A stretch of DNA of 61,521 nt from a virus (lineage: Duplodnaviria; Caudoviricetes). The stretch covers positions 1 through 61,521 of IMG/VR virus record IMGVR_UViG_3300042465_003931; one strand, given 5' to 3'. The notes under the pieces were generated by a model that made no database searches, was not told the DNA's origin, and saw only the letters and a list, made by a program, of their open reading frames with translations. Shown here one piece after another: positions 52,589 through 61,521 of this stretch. Position numbers and translations under genes: made by a program. Every line of letters starts with the position of its first letter. Position 1 is the stretch's first letter.

Positions 52589-55024
52589 ATGGCTACCAAC
52601 ATTGACTCCGCTTTGGTTCCGATGGAGATCCAAGAAGGCCCCGGGATTGAGATTGAGATCGAGGATCCTGAAGCGGTCAGGATTGGGATCGATGGTCTTG
52701 AGATTGAACTCACCAAGGAGTCTCCAGAGGAAGAGTTTGACGCCAATTTGGCGGAGTTCATGGATGAGTCTGTCTTGCAAGGGTTGGCGTCTGAGTTGAT
52801 TGAGCTTGTCGATTCGGACATGAACAGTCGAAAGGACTGGACGGAGATGTATGTCAAGGGGCTAGAAGTCCTTGGCATGAAGTACGAAGAAAGAACAGAG
52901 CCCTGGTCTGGCGCTTGTGGTGTTTACAGCCCTCTTCTGACGGAAGCGGCGATTCGTTTTCAGTCGGAAATGATTACCGAGACGTTCCCGGCGCAAGGCC
53001 CGGTGAAGACTCAGATCATTGGGGCAATCGACAAGTACAAGGAAGAAGCGGCAGAGCGCGTCAGGGATGACATGAACTACCGTCTGACGGAACAGATGGT
53101 GGAGTACCGCCCGGAGCATGAGCGGATGCTGTACTCCCTCGGTCTGGCAGGCGCTGCCTTCAAGAAGGTCTACTACGACCCGAATCTTGAGCGGCAAGTT
53201 GCTGTTTACATCCCCGCCGAAGAGGTGGTGATTCCCTACGGCGCAAGCAACATTTACGTGTCAGAGCGCGTGACTCACATCATGCGCAAGACCAAGAACG
53301 AGATGAAGCGGCTACAGGTGGCAGGCTTCTATCGTGAGGCAGAACTTGGAGAGCCGGTCAGGTTCTTCAACGACATTGAGAAGAAGAAGGCAGAAGAACA
53401 AGGCTACTCTCTGAACGATGATGATCGGTATCAGGTTCTGGAGGTTCATGTCGATTGGGATCTGCCGGGGTATGAAGACGATTTTCCGCTGCCGTATGTG
53501 ATTACGGTAGAGCGCGGAACTCAGAATGTCTTGGCTATCCGGCGGAACTGGAGGCAGGATGACTCGAGAAAGCTGAAGAGGAATCACTTTGTCCAGTACA
53601 CCTATGTCCCAGGCTTTGGGGCGTATGGACTTGGCTTCATCCACATCATTGGTGGATACGCGAGGGCAGGAACATCAATCATTCGGCAGTTGGTCGACGC
53701 CGGAACATTGAGCAACCTCCCTGGAGGCCTGAAGGCAAGGGGCCTGAGGATCAAGGGAGATGACACCCCGATTGCGCCGGGCGAGTTCAGGGATGTCGAT
53801 ATTCCGTCAGGCGTTGTGCGTGACAACATCATGCCGCTTCCATACAAAGAGCCCTCTCAGGTTCTGGCGGCCCTTCTGGAACGCATTACAGAGGACGGAA
53901 GGCGGCTTGCTGCCATTGGAGATCTGAAGATCGCTGATATGTCAGCGCAAGCTCCGGTTGGAACCACACTGGCAATTCTTGAGCGAACCCTCAAGACCAT
54001 GAGCGCGGTACAGGCTCGGATCCACTCCAGCCTGCGCACGGAGTTCAAACTTCTCAAGGAGATCATCCGGGATTACATGCCCGCCGACTACCCCTACACC
54101 CCAGAAGGAGGGGATAGGGGCGTCAAACAAGACGACTACGATCAAGTCGAAATTATTCCTGTCAGCGATCCAAACGCTGCCACGATGGCTCAGAGGATCA
54201 TGCAGTATCAGGCGGCCATTCAACTGGCCCAAGGTGCTCCGCAGATCTATGACTTGCCGCAACTACACAAGCAGATGCTTGAAGTGTTGGGCATCAAGCA
54301 TGTGGAAAAGCTGATCCCTGCGGCAGAAGATCAAAAGCCAAGAGACCCGGTAACGGAAAACATGAGCGTTTTGATGGGCAAGCCAGTCAAGGCCTTTGCC
54401 TACCAAGACCACGAAGCTCATTTGGCAACGCATCAAGCGTTCATGCAGGATCCAAAGATTGCCGCGACCATTGGACAGAACCCAATGTCTCAGCAAATGA
54501 TGGCTGCACTGATGGCACACATTGCCGAACACGCAGCGTTTGCGTATCGCGCTCAAGTTGAGATGGCTTTGGGTGTGCCTTTGCCTACACTGGATGACGA
54601 CAACGAAGCGCCAATCGGCCGCAACGATGAAAGAGCGCTTGCCCCGCTCATTGCTGCTGCCGCTCAGCGCACGATGGTTCAAAACCAAGCTATGGCTGCG
54701 CAAATGCAGGCTCAACAGCAGGCGATGGATCCTGCCCTTCAAATGCAGCAGGCAGAACTGAACCTCAAAGCTCAGGAGTTGCAGCGCAAGGAAGCAGATA
54801 GTCAACGAGATTTTCAAATTGCACAACAAAAACTGCAACTAGAATCTCAGCGACTAATGATGGACGCACAAAAAAGCGGCGATCCAGCATTAAAGGCTGT
54901 CATGGCTAGACAAGACATGGCGCATAAAGAGCAAAAACATCAACAAAATATGCGTCAAGCGGCGCAAAATCAAGCGATTAAATTTAGTCAACAAATGGCG
55001 AAGCCGCCAAGGAGTAATAAGTGA
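52589..55024 (+). CDS. portal protein
   Basis: 811 aa directly after terL; G.AFKKVYYD, DAGTLSNLPGG; Gln-rich C-terminal barrel-like tail. Confidence 0.85.
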   Translation: MATNIDSALVPMEIQEGPGIEIEIEDPEAVRIGIDGLEIELTKESPEEEFDANLAEFMDESVLQGLASELIELVDSDMNSRKDWTEMYVKGLEVLGMKYEERTEPWSGACGVYSPLLTEAAIRFQSEMITETFPAQGPVKTQIIGAIDKYKEEAAERVRDDMNYRLTEQMVEYRPEHERMLYSLGLAGAAFKKVYYDPNLERQVAVYIPAEEVVIPYGASNIYVSERVTHIMRKTKNEMKRLQVAGFYREAELGEPVRFFNDIEKKKAEEQGYSLNDDDRYQVLEVHVDWDLPGYEDDFPLPYVITVERGTQNVLAIRRNWRQDDSRKLKRNHFVQYTYVPGFGAYGLGFIHIIGGYARAGTSIIRQLVDAGTLSNLPGGLKARGLRIKGDDTPIAPGEFRDVDIPSGVVRDNIMPLPYKEPSQVLAALLERITEDGRRLAAIGDLKIADMSAQAPVGTTLAILERTLKTMSAVQARIHSSLRTEFKLLKEIIRDYMPADYPYTPEGGDRGVKQDDYDQVEIIPVSDPNAATMAQRIMQYQAAIQLAQGAPQIYDLPQLHKQMLEVLGIKHVEKLIPAAEDQKPRDPVTENMSVLMGKPVKAFAYQDHEAHLATHQAFMQDPKIAATIGQNPMSQQMMAALMAHIAEHAAFAYRAQVEMALGVPLPTLDDDNEAPIGRNDERALAPLIAAAAQRTMVQNQAMAAQMQAQQQAMDPALQMQQAELNLKAQELQRKEADSQRDFQIAQQKLQLESQRLMMDAQKSGDPALKAVMARQDMAHKEQKHQQNMRQAAQNQAIKFSQQMAKPPRSNK

Positions 55025-55212
55025 CCACTGCGCTTTCCGTGGTACTAAGAGATGTAGAAGATCGCAGACAAATCATTGCAGAAGCCCTCATTGCGGGCTC
55101 TGCAAAAGATTTTGCAGAATACAAGTCCATGACCGGCGAAATCCGAGGTCTTTCGCTGGCTCATTCCATGGTCACTGACCTTGTGCGAAAACTGGAGAAT
55201 GATGATGAGTGA
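55021..55212 (+). CDS. small conserved head-module protein
   Basis: AAGGAG RBS; G...DFAEYK...GEIRGL. Confidence 0.6.
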   Translation: MTTALSVVLRDVEDRRQIIAEALIAGSAKDFAEYKSMTGEIRGLSLAHSMVTDLVRKLENDDE

Positions 55213-55606
55213 ACTGCTCCTGGCAAATGCAGATGGAAGTACGTCTGTTTTGCCTCCAACTGATGCCGAAAAGGCCCGTCAAGTGCCCGATCCGGCGACT
55301 TACCATATTCTGTGCATGGTGCCAAAGGCGGAAGAAGAGTACGAGAGTGGTCTGGCCAAGGCCGGACAGACGATGCAGTACGAAGAAGTGCTGTCCCCCG
55401 TGCTGTTCGTCGCCAAAATGGGCCCGGATTGCTACAAAGACCCTTTGCGCTTTCCTTCTGGGCCTTCGTGCAAGGTCGGAGACTTCGTGCTCGTGCGCCC
55501 AAACTCGGGCACTCGACTGAAGATCCACGGCACTGAGTGGCGGATCGTCAATGATGACTCCGTCGAAGCAGTGGTTCAAGACCCGCGTGGCATCAAGCGC
55601 GCATAA
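55202..55606 (+). CDS. GroES-like co-chaperonin
   Basis: P..Y.IL...P....ESGL...V..MGP....CKVGDFV.....G....I.G.E.RI.NDD.V.AV. Confidence 0.7.
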   Translation: MMSELLLANADGSTSVLPPTDAEKARQVPDPATYHILCMVPKAEEEYESGLAKAGQTMQYEEVLSPVLFVAKMGPDCYKDPLRFPSGPSCKVGDFVLVRPNSGTRLKIHGTEWRIVNDDSVEAVVQDPRGIKRA

Positions 55607-55617
55607 GGAGCAGACAC

Positions 55618-56553
55618 ATGGCTGATTTTAAGTTCCCGGACGAGATTGAGTCGAAGTCCGAGCAGGAAAACGGCGTCTCTAGTGATGTTGAAACAGAACT
55701 TGAGACCGAAATCGAAATTGTTGACGACACTCCAGAAGAGGATCGCAATCGCGCTCCTATGAGGGAGCCTCCGTCGGATGTGACGGACGAAGAACTGGAG
55801 CAGTACAGCGACGGCGTCAAGAAGCGCCTCCAACACTTCTCCAAGGGCTACCACGAAGAGCGGCGGGCCAAGGAGGCAGCTTTCCGTGAGCGCGAAGAAG
55901 CTCTAAAACTGGCTCAATCGCTGGCAGAAGAGAATAAGCGTTTGCACGGAACCCTTGGTCAAGGGCAGAAAGCCCTGATTGAGCAGGCAAAGCAAGTCGT
56001 TGGAAGTGAAGTTGAGGACGCCAAGCGCGAGTATCGAGCCGCGTATGAGGCTGGGGACGCTGAAGCGTTGGTCGCGGCGCAGCAAAAACTGACTGCCGCC
56101 ACCATCAAGATGGATCGAATCAATTCGTTCCGTCCCCCAGTTGCACAACCTCAACAGAATGTGGTACAAACGCCGCCGTCAACTGTTGAAACGCAGGTTC
56201 CAAAGCCTGACGCCAAAGCCATTGCGTGGAAAAACGCCAATCCGTGGTTTGGTTCGGACGAGGAAATGACTGCGCTTGCAATGGCGGTACATGAAAAACT
56301 TGTGAAGCAAGGTGTAGACACCTCCAGTGATGACTACTACGGGCGGATCAACGCTCGGATGCGTCAAGTGTTTCCAGATGCGTTTACCTCTGCGAAACCG
56401 AGCAAAACTGTGGTGGCACCGGCAACGCGCAGCACAGCGCCCAAGAAGATCGTGCTGACGCAAACGCAAGTGAATCTTGCAAAACGTCTTGGCCTGACGA
56501 ATGATCAATATGCCAAGGCTGTGGCGGAAGAAATGAGGAAGCAAAATGGCTGA
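55618..56553 (+). CDS. putative scaffolding protein
   Basis: Acidic N-terminus, long coiled coil, W...NPWFG, C-terminal LT..Q...A..LGLT...YAK. Confidence 0.65.
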   Translation: MADFKFPDEIESKSEQENGVSSDVETELETEIEIVDDTPEEDRNRAPMREPPSDVTDEELEQYSDGVKKRLQHFSKGYHEERRAKEAAFREREEALKLAQSLAEENKRLHGTLGQGQKALIEQAKQVVGSEVEDAKREYRAAYEAGDAEALVAAQQKLTAATIKMDRINSFRPPVAQPQQNVVQTPPSTVETQVPKPDAKAIAWKNANPWFGSDEEMTALAMAVHEKLVKQGVDTSSDDYYGRINARMRQVFPDAFTSAKPSKTVVAPATRSTAPKKIVLTQTQVNLAKRLGLTNDQYAKAVAEEMRKQNG

Positions 56554-56998
56554 ACGAATCTCCCGTGATATGGATACTCGTGCTCGTACCGAGCGTCCGA
56601 AGCAATGGATGCCGCCGGAACTACTTCCCTCCCCCAACCCGGAGGAAGGTTATGAGTTCCGCTGGATTCGCATCAGCACGTTGGGTCAGAACGACCCAAC
56701 CAATGTGACCTCAAAGCTCCGCGAGGGTTGGGAGCCCGTCAAGGCATCCGAGCACCCCGAAATCATGCACATGGGCAGCAACAACGCTCGCTTCCCGGAC
56801 TGCATTGAAGTGGGTGGCCTCATGCTTTGCAAAACCCCCAAGGAGTTTGTCCAACAACGCAATGTTCACTTCCAGAAGATGGCGGACGGGCAGATGCAGT
56901 CGGTGGACAATTCGTTTATGCGCGAGAATGATCGTCGGATGCCGCTGTTCCGTGAACGCAGCACCGAGGTGAAATTCGGGCGCGGTGCAGCAAACTAG
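56546..56998 (+). CDS. conserved head-module protein
   Basis: GYEFRWIR, LREGWEPV, GGLMLCK.P. Confidence 0.55.
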   Translation: MAERISRDMDTRARTERPKQWMPPELLPSPNPEEGYEFRWIRISTLGQNDPTNVTSKLREGWEPVKASEHPEIMHMGSNNARFPDCIEVGGLMLCKTPKEFVQQRNVHFQKMADGQMQSVDNSFMRENDRRMPLFRERSTEVKFGRGAAN

Positions 56999-57007
56999 GA
57001 GTTTTGA

Positions 57008-57874
57008 ATGTCTTATCCCTCTGTTGATCGGCCTTACGGCCTGATTCCGCAGAACCTGATCGGCGGACAAGTCTTCGCAGGTTCGACGCGGATGATCCCG
57101 ATTGCCTCCGGCTACACCACAGGTGTGTCTGGCGGCGGTCTCTTCTTTGGTGACCCGGTGAAGTTCACCAACACCGGCACGCTGATCACCTCTGGTCTGG
57201 CGTATAACACGGCTGCGGCGGAGACGGGCGGCACGCTCGGCATCTTCCTGGGCTGCGAGTACAGCCCTGCCGGTGGTCCGATCTACGGCAAGATCCGCTC
57301 CCAGTACTGGGCCAACGGTACGGTCGCCCCGGACGCCGTGGCTTACGTCTGCGATGACCTCGATGTCATCATGAAGGCAGCGGTGATCAGTTACACCACC
57401 GGCTCGACCATCGCCCCCGGTGCGGTCAGCGCTCTGTCGCTGGGCACGAACGTGTCCTCGATGGCCACCAACACCGCCAACACGGGTGTGAACGCCAACA
57501 CGGCGGGCAACTCGAACGTCGGTGTGATGGGCGGCTCGGGCAACGCTCGCCTGCTGACCACGACCCCGTTCCGCATCGTCCAGTTGGTGGAAGACACCAA
57601 GATGGTCACGCAGTCCATCGGGGCCACGACCAACGCCAACACGGCTGTCACGCTGACTGCGGCCAACGCCGACGTTCGCACGGGCATGCTCGTGACGGGT
57701 GCTGGTATTGCAGCGGGTACGGTGGTGGCTGCTGTCTCGGGCACGTCGGTCACCCTATCGGCCAACGCCACTGCAACGGCCACGGGCGTCACGCTGACTT
57801 TCGTCGGCTACCCCGAAGTGTTGCTGAAGTGGAACTTCGGCTACCACGCCTACCAAGTCGCCGTGGCGATCTGA
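57008..57874 (+). CDS. capsid decoration/cement protein
   Basis: PYGL.P, FFGD.V, G.F.GC.Y, A.V.DD; directly upstream of the major capsid gene. Confidence 0.6.
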   Translation: MSYPSVDRPYGLIPQNLIGGQVFAGSTRMIPIASGYTTGVSGGGLFFGDPVKFTNTGTLITSGLAYNTAAAETGGTLGIFLGCEYSPAGGPIYGKIRSQYWANGTVAPDAVAYVCDDLDVIMKAAVISYTTGSTIAPGAVSALSLGTNVSSMATNTANTGVNANTAGNSNVGVMGGSGNARLLTTTPFRIVQLVEDTKMVTQSIGATTNANTAVTLTAANADVRTGMLVTGAGIAAGTVVAAVSGTSVTLSANATATATGVTLTFVGYPEVLLKWNFGYHAYQVAVAI

Positions 57875-57886
57875 GGAGTCTGAATC

Positions 57887-58798
57887 ATGGCAATTTCTCG
57901 CGCACAACTTCTCAAGGAACTGCTGCCCGGCCTGAACGCTTTGTTCGGTCTGGAGTACAAGAAGTACGGCGAAGAGCACAAGGAGATCTACGAAACGGAG
58001 ACCTCCGACCGCTCGTTTGAAGAGGAGACCAAGCTCTCCGGCTTCAGCGCTGCTCCGGTGAAAAACGAAGGCCAAGCTATCGCGTATGACAATGCGCAGG
58101 AAGCCTGGACCGCTCGTTACAACCACGAGACCATCGCAATGGGCTTCTCCATCACCGAAGAGGCGATGGAAGACAACCTGTACGACAGTCTGTCGGCGCG
58201 GTATACCAAGGCCCTGGCTCGGGCAATGGCTTACACCAAGCAGGTCAAGGCAGCGTCCATCCTGAACAACGGTTTCAACGCCGCTTTCACTTACGGTGAC
58301 GGCAAGAGCCTGTTTGCGACGGATCACCCGCTGGTCTCTGGTGGCACCAACAGCAACCGCCCCACGGTGGCCTCGGACCTCAACGAGACCTCCCTGGAGA
58401 ACGCCGTCATCCAGATCGCTGGCTGGACTGATGAGCGTGGTCTGCTGATCGCTGCCAAGCCCCGGAAGCTGATCGTTCCTCCGGCCCTGATGTTCGTTGC
58501 GACGCGCCTGCTGGAGACCAACCTCCGCGTCGGCACCACCGACAACGACATCAACGCGCTGAAGAACAATGGCAGCATCCCGGAAGGCTACACGGTCAAT
58601 CACTTCTTGACCGACACAAACGCTTGGTTCCTCAAGACCGACGTCCCCAACGGTCTGAAGCACTTTGTGCGTGTAGCCATGTCGACGTCGATGGACGCCG
58701 ACTTCGACACCGGCAACAGCCGGTACAAGGCCCGCGAGCGCTACAGCTTCGGGGTCAGCGACAGTCTGGGCGTGTACGGCTCCCCCGGCGCAAGCTGA
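57887..58798 (+). CDS. major capsid protein (HK97 fold, Mu gpT-like)
   Basis: MAISRAQLLKELLPGL, DG..LF...HP, P..LIVPPAL, YKARERYSFG; strong codon bias; followed by a terminator. Confidence 0.88.
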   Translation: MAISRAQLLKELLPGLNALFGLEYKKYGEEHKEIYETETSDRSFEEETKLSGFSAAPVKNEGQAIAYDNAQEAWTARYNHETIAMGFSITEEAMEDNLYDSLSARYTKALARAMAYTKQVKAASILNNGFNAAFTYGDGKSLFATDHPLVSGGTNSNRPTVASDLNETSLENAVIQIAGWTDERGLLIAAKPRKLIVPPALMFVATRLLETNLRVGTTDNDINALKNNGSIPEGYTVNHFLTDTNAWFLKTDVPNGLKHFVRVAMSTSMDADFDTGNSRYKARERYSFGVSDSLGVYGSPGAS

Positions 58799-58850
58799 GC
58801 CAAAACAAACCCCGCACGCCTCTCAACGATGCGCACCAGCGGGGTTCCTC

Positions 58851-58877
58851 AAGGCCCCTTCGGGGGCCTTTTCTTTT
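58851..58877 (+). terminator. intrinsic terminator
   Basis: AAGGCCCC-TTCG-GGGGCCTT followed by TTCTTTT. Confidence 0.85.
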
Positions 58878-58933
58878 GCCTCAGCCTGTGCTAGGCTCGG
58901 GCAAGGCCCGAGAGGTCAAGCCGAGGACATCCT

Positions 58934-59218
58934 ATGTCAAATTTCATCGAGAACTCCAACCGTGCACCTGAGCTGCTGGAGTCGAATCTCAAGTCGCTGA
59001 TCACACCGGTGGCGAACTTCGTTGCCACGCTGACAGCGGGGGCAGGGTTGACCGTCGAGATGTTGGGCGACGATGGGGTCAATTACGGCACCTTCACGTT
59101 GACCGCACTGAATGTGCCGGTGGGGTCTGGTCTGTTGACTGCCTTTCCCGCCCGGATGCAGTTCCGTGTGACTGCGGGCACGGGTTCGTTCAACATCAAG
59201 GTCGTCATCACACCGTAA
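58934..59218 (+). CDS. small beta-rich structural protein
   Basis: GAGGA RBS; first gene of the fibre block. Confidence 0.55.
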   Translation: MSNFIENSNRAPELLESNLKSLITPVANFVATLTAGAGLTVEMLGDDGVNYGTFTLTALNVPVGSGLLTAFPARMQFRVTAGTGSFNIKVVITP

Positions 59219-59227
59219 GGACACATC

Positions 59228-60181
59228 ATGAGCACGTTTACCCCCGGTCCGGGCACCAAGTATCTTCTCTATTCTGGTGGAACCGTACCAACGGGTTCTG
59301 CTAATGGTGTCCTATATCTTGACGCAAACAAGGTAATTACCAGCGGTACTGCGTTGGCCTTTAACGGCACGACGCTGAGTGCCCCTGCTGTACAGGTTGA
59401 CAACCTCAACTTGGATGGCAACACGCTCCTTGCCACCGATACCAATGGTGGCATAAACCTTACTCCCAACGGTACAGGACGTGTCACTGTTACCAATCTG
59501 ACGACGACGTCGCCTCGGATTGTTACCGGCATCAACGACACGAATGGCAACGAGCTGTTCTTGTTCACTGCCACAGCTTCAGCGGTCAATGAGGTGACGC
59601 TGGCTAATGCTGCCACTGGTTTTGGTCCCCGGTTTACAGCGACGGGCGGTGACATCAACATCAATTTGGTGTTTGAGGCCAAAGGCACTGGTCAGGTGCA
59701 AGAGCGCATCACGTCCACCAACTATGCGCTGGCTTCTCAGTTTGACGTTGGCACAGAGCCCAACGACATTTCGCTGAACCAGTATCTTGGCACGCTGGCG
59801 TTCCAGAGTGCTGAAGCGGTGTCGGTGGGTTTCATTAGATCTAACGCAACCAATGGTTCGGGCTATGCGTTGGGCGCTGGTGGTGCCATCACGCAAGCGA
59901 CTGGCCGCACCACTGGTGTCACTGTCAATGCTGCCTGCGGTGCCATCACGCTGGTGTCTGCTGCCGGGTCTACGTCGCCTTCTAGCTTCACTGTGACGAA
60001 CAGCAGCGTAGTGGCGACGGACGTCATCATCCTCAGCCAGCGCAGCGGCACAGACAAGTATGTGTTGTTGGTGACGGCGGTTGGTGCTGGCTCGTTTGAA
60101 ATTACGGCATACACCACTGGTGGCACGACGACGGAACAGCCTGTCATCAACTTTGCCGTCATCAAAGCTGTTGCTGCTTAA
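59228..60181 (+). CDS. fibre-like virion protein
   Basis: TVPTGSANGVLYL segment shared with 4004..4906; DNLNLDGNT...TNG.I.L.PNGTG repeat; Thr/Gly-rich. Confidence 0.65.
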   Translation: MSTFTPGPGTKYLLYSGGTVPTGSANGVLYLDANKVITSGTALAFNGTTLSAPAVQVDNLNLDGNTLLATDTNGGINLTPNGTGRVTVTNLTTTSPRIVTGINDTNGNELFLFTATASAVNEVTLANAATGFGPRFTATGGDININLVFEAKGTGQVQERITSTNYALASQFDVGTEPNDISLNQYLGTLAFQSAEAVSVGFIRSNATNGSGYALGAGGAITQATGRTTGVTVNAACGAITLVSAAGSTSPSSFTVTNSSVVATDVIILSQRSGTDKYVLLVTAVGAGSFEITAYTTGGTTTEQPVINFAVIKAVAA

Positions 60182-60192
60182 CAGGGGGCAAT

Positions 60193-61443
60193 ATGAGTCT
60201 TTCACTAAACTATCCCACCATCAGCCCTTCGTTGCTGCTGGACTTTGCCAACAGCGGCAGGCTTGATCCTCAAGTCACTTTCACTCGTAGCAGCACGGCG
60301 ACGTTCTTCGACGAAACGGGCGTGCTAAGAACAGCAAACAACGATGTCCCACGCTTCGACTACAACCCTGCTACGCTGGCGGCTCAGGGGCTGTTGATTG
60401 AGGAAGCACGCACCAATTCCATTCGGAATAACACTGGTGTGGGGGCAGTGGCTGGTACGCCGGGGACAGACCCGACTAATTGGGTAAATACTATTGCGGC
60501 TGGTATTACGCAGCAAATTGTCGGAACAGGAACTGAAAACGGCATTACATACATCGACTATAAGTTTTCTGGAACTGCTGCTGGCGCTACCGTTATTCGT
60601 TTTGATGGAGAGACACAAGTTGTTGCGTCATCTGGTCAGGCGTGGACTGGCAGCACTTACGTCAAACTTGTAGCGGGGTCTCTTACAAACCTTGGTTGCT
60701 CGTTAAATATGCGTCAAGGTCTTGCCGCTGGTGGCCTTGTGTTGAATACAGACGTAGCTTTTACGCCAACCTCTGCCGCGCTAAATACTCAACGAATTGT
60801 CAACTCCGTTGCCAGTATGCAGGTAACAACGGAACGCATAATTAACCGCATCATTATTAATAGCACTGGTGCCATCGACATCACCCTCCGCATCGGCCTG
60901 CCCCAACTCGAACTCGGTGCCTTCGCAACTTCCGTCATCCCCACCACCACCACAGCCCTGACCCGTGCGGCAGATGTGGCGAGTGTAAATACGTTGTCGC
61001 CTTGGTTTAATAGCGCGTCTGGTACGATTTACGTTGAAGCGTCAATTCCTTTTACAACAGCAAATAGTCGCGGTCCAATTCGTTTTGATGATGGAACTGA
61101 CAGCAATCGCATCATGATGCGCAATGGCGGCGCAAATTCACGTTTTGACGGACGTGTAGTGTCTGGTGGCTCGAGCGTAGCAAACTTAGAGTCTGCTGCA
61201 ACTGCAATCACTGAAAACACAACTTTTAAGGCTGCTTTGGCATATGCGGTAAACGACTACTCGATGTCACTCAACGGCGGTACGCCACTAACAGATACAA
61301 GCGGAGCATTGCCCATTGGTTTAAGCAGGCTTTTGATTGGCAACGCAGAAAACACAACAAACCCTGCTGGATCGCTAATCCGCCGCATCGCCTTCTACCC
61401 CGTGCGCTTGCCCGACGCACAGCTCCAAGCCATCACCGCCTGA
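60193..61443 (+). CDS. head-spike/fibre protein, allele B (complete)
   Basis: PSLLLDFA...FTRSSTATFFD...GLLIEEARTN; same flanks as allele A but different internal domains. Confidence 0.75.
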   Translation: MSLSLNYPTISPSLLLDFANSGRLDPQVTFTRSSTATFFDETGVLRTANNDVPRFDYNPATLAAQGLLIEEARTNSIRNNTGVGAVAGTPGTDPTNWVNTIAAGITQQIVGTGTENGITYIDYKFSGTAAGATVIRFDGETQVVASSGQAWTGSTYVKLVAGSLTNLGCSLNMRQGLAAGGLVLNTDVAFTPTSAALNTQRIVNSVASMQVTTERIINRIIINSTGAIDITLRIGLPQLELGAFATSVIPTTTTALTRAADVASVNTLSPWFNSASGTIYVEASIPFTTANSRGPIRFDDGTDSNRIMMRNGGANSRFDGRVVSGGSSVANLESAATAITENTTFKAALAYAVNDYSMSLNGGTPLTDTSGALPIGLSRLLIGNAENTTNPAGSLIRRIAFYPVRLPDAQLQAITA

Positions 61444-61452
61444 GGAGCACAC

Positions 61453-61521
61453 ATGAGTCTTTCACAGAACTACCCAACAACAAGACCCACTCTGACGCTT
61501 GACTTTGCCAAGGCTAAGCGT
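61453..61521 (+). CDS. start of fibre paralog C (repeat of 1169..1237, truncated by the window end)
   Basis: Identical to 1169-1237. Confidence 0.8.
   Translation, partial: MSLSQNYPTTRPTLTLDFAKAKR

Noticed and set aside
60300-61521. True direct terminal repeat of about 1.2 kb
   Set aside because: Only the outer 105 and 127 nt and one internal block match. The ends fall mid-gene and far from the terminase region.

Overview
The window is essentially one complete ~60.3 kb genome of a tailed dsDNA phage with podovirus-like architecture, opened inside a head-fibre gene. Read circularly, it runs terS (50047), LexA-like HTH, terL, portal, GroES-like, scaffold, decoration, major capsid (57887), then a fibre block spanning the window ends. 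After that come a spike base, tail fibre, small basic proteins, adaptor and tail proteins, a lysis cassette, ejection proteins and a 3228-aa polyvalent protein. A leftward accessory and recombination operon follows (Ref-like nuclease, DUF3310, MazG-like, Sak, exonuclease), then a rightward replication operon (RusA, structured leader, T7 gp4/Twinkle-like primase-helicase) and a GC-rich leftward early operon (SprT-like, MoxR AAA+, vWA, bL12-like). I see no integrase, DNA polymerase, RNA polymerase, reverse transcriptase, tRNA or CRISPR. Four observations stand out. (1) The two window ends are different alleles of the same head-spike-fibre gene, with identical flanks and short shared DNA anchors around swappable domains. 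(2) A host-origin mimic (four tandem DnaA boxes plus a parS site) flanks terS. (3) A recurrent hydrophobic-x-x-Gly-Gly motif tags many small and internal virion proteins. (4) The giant ejected protein is built from modules joined at repeated [FYLA]SLR junctions, including glycosylase-like and papain-like inserts. All family assignments come from motif recognition by eye, not database searches.
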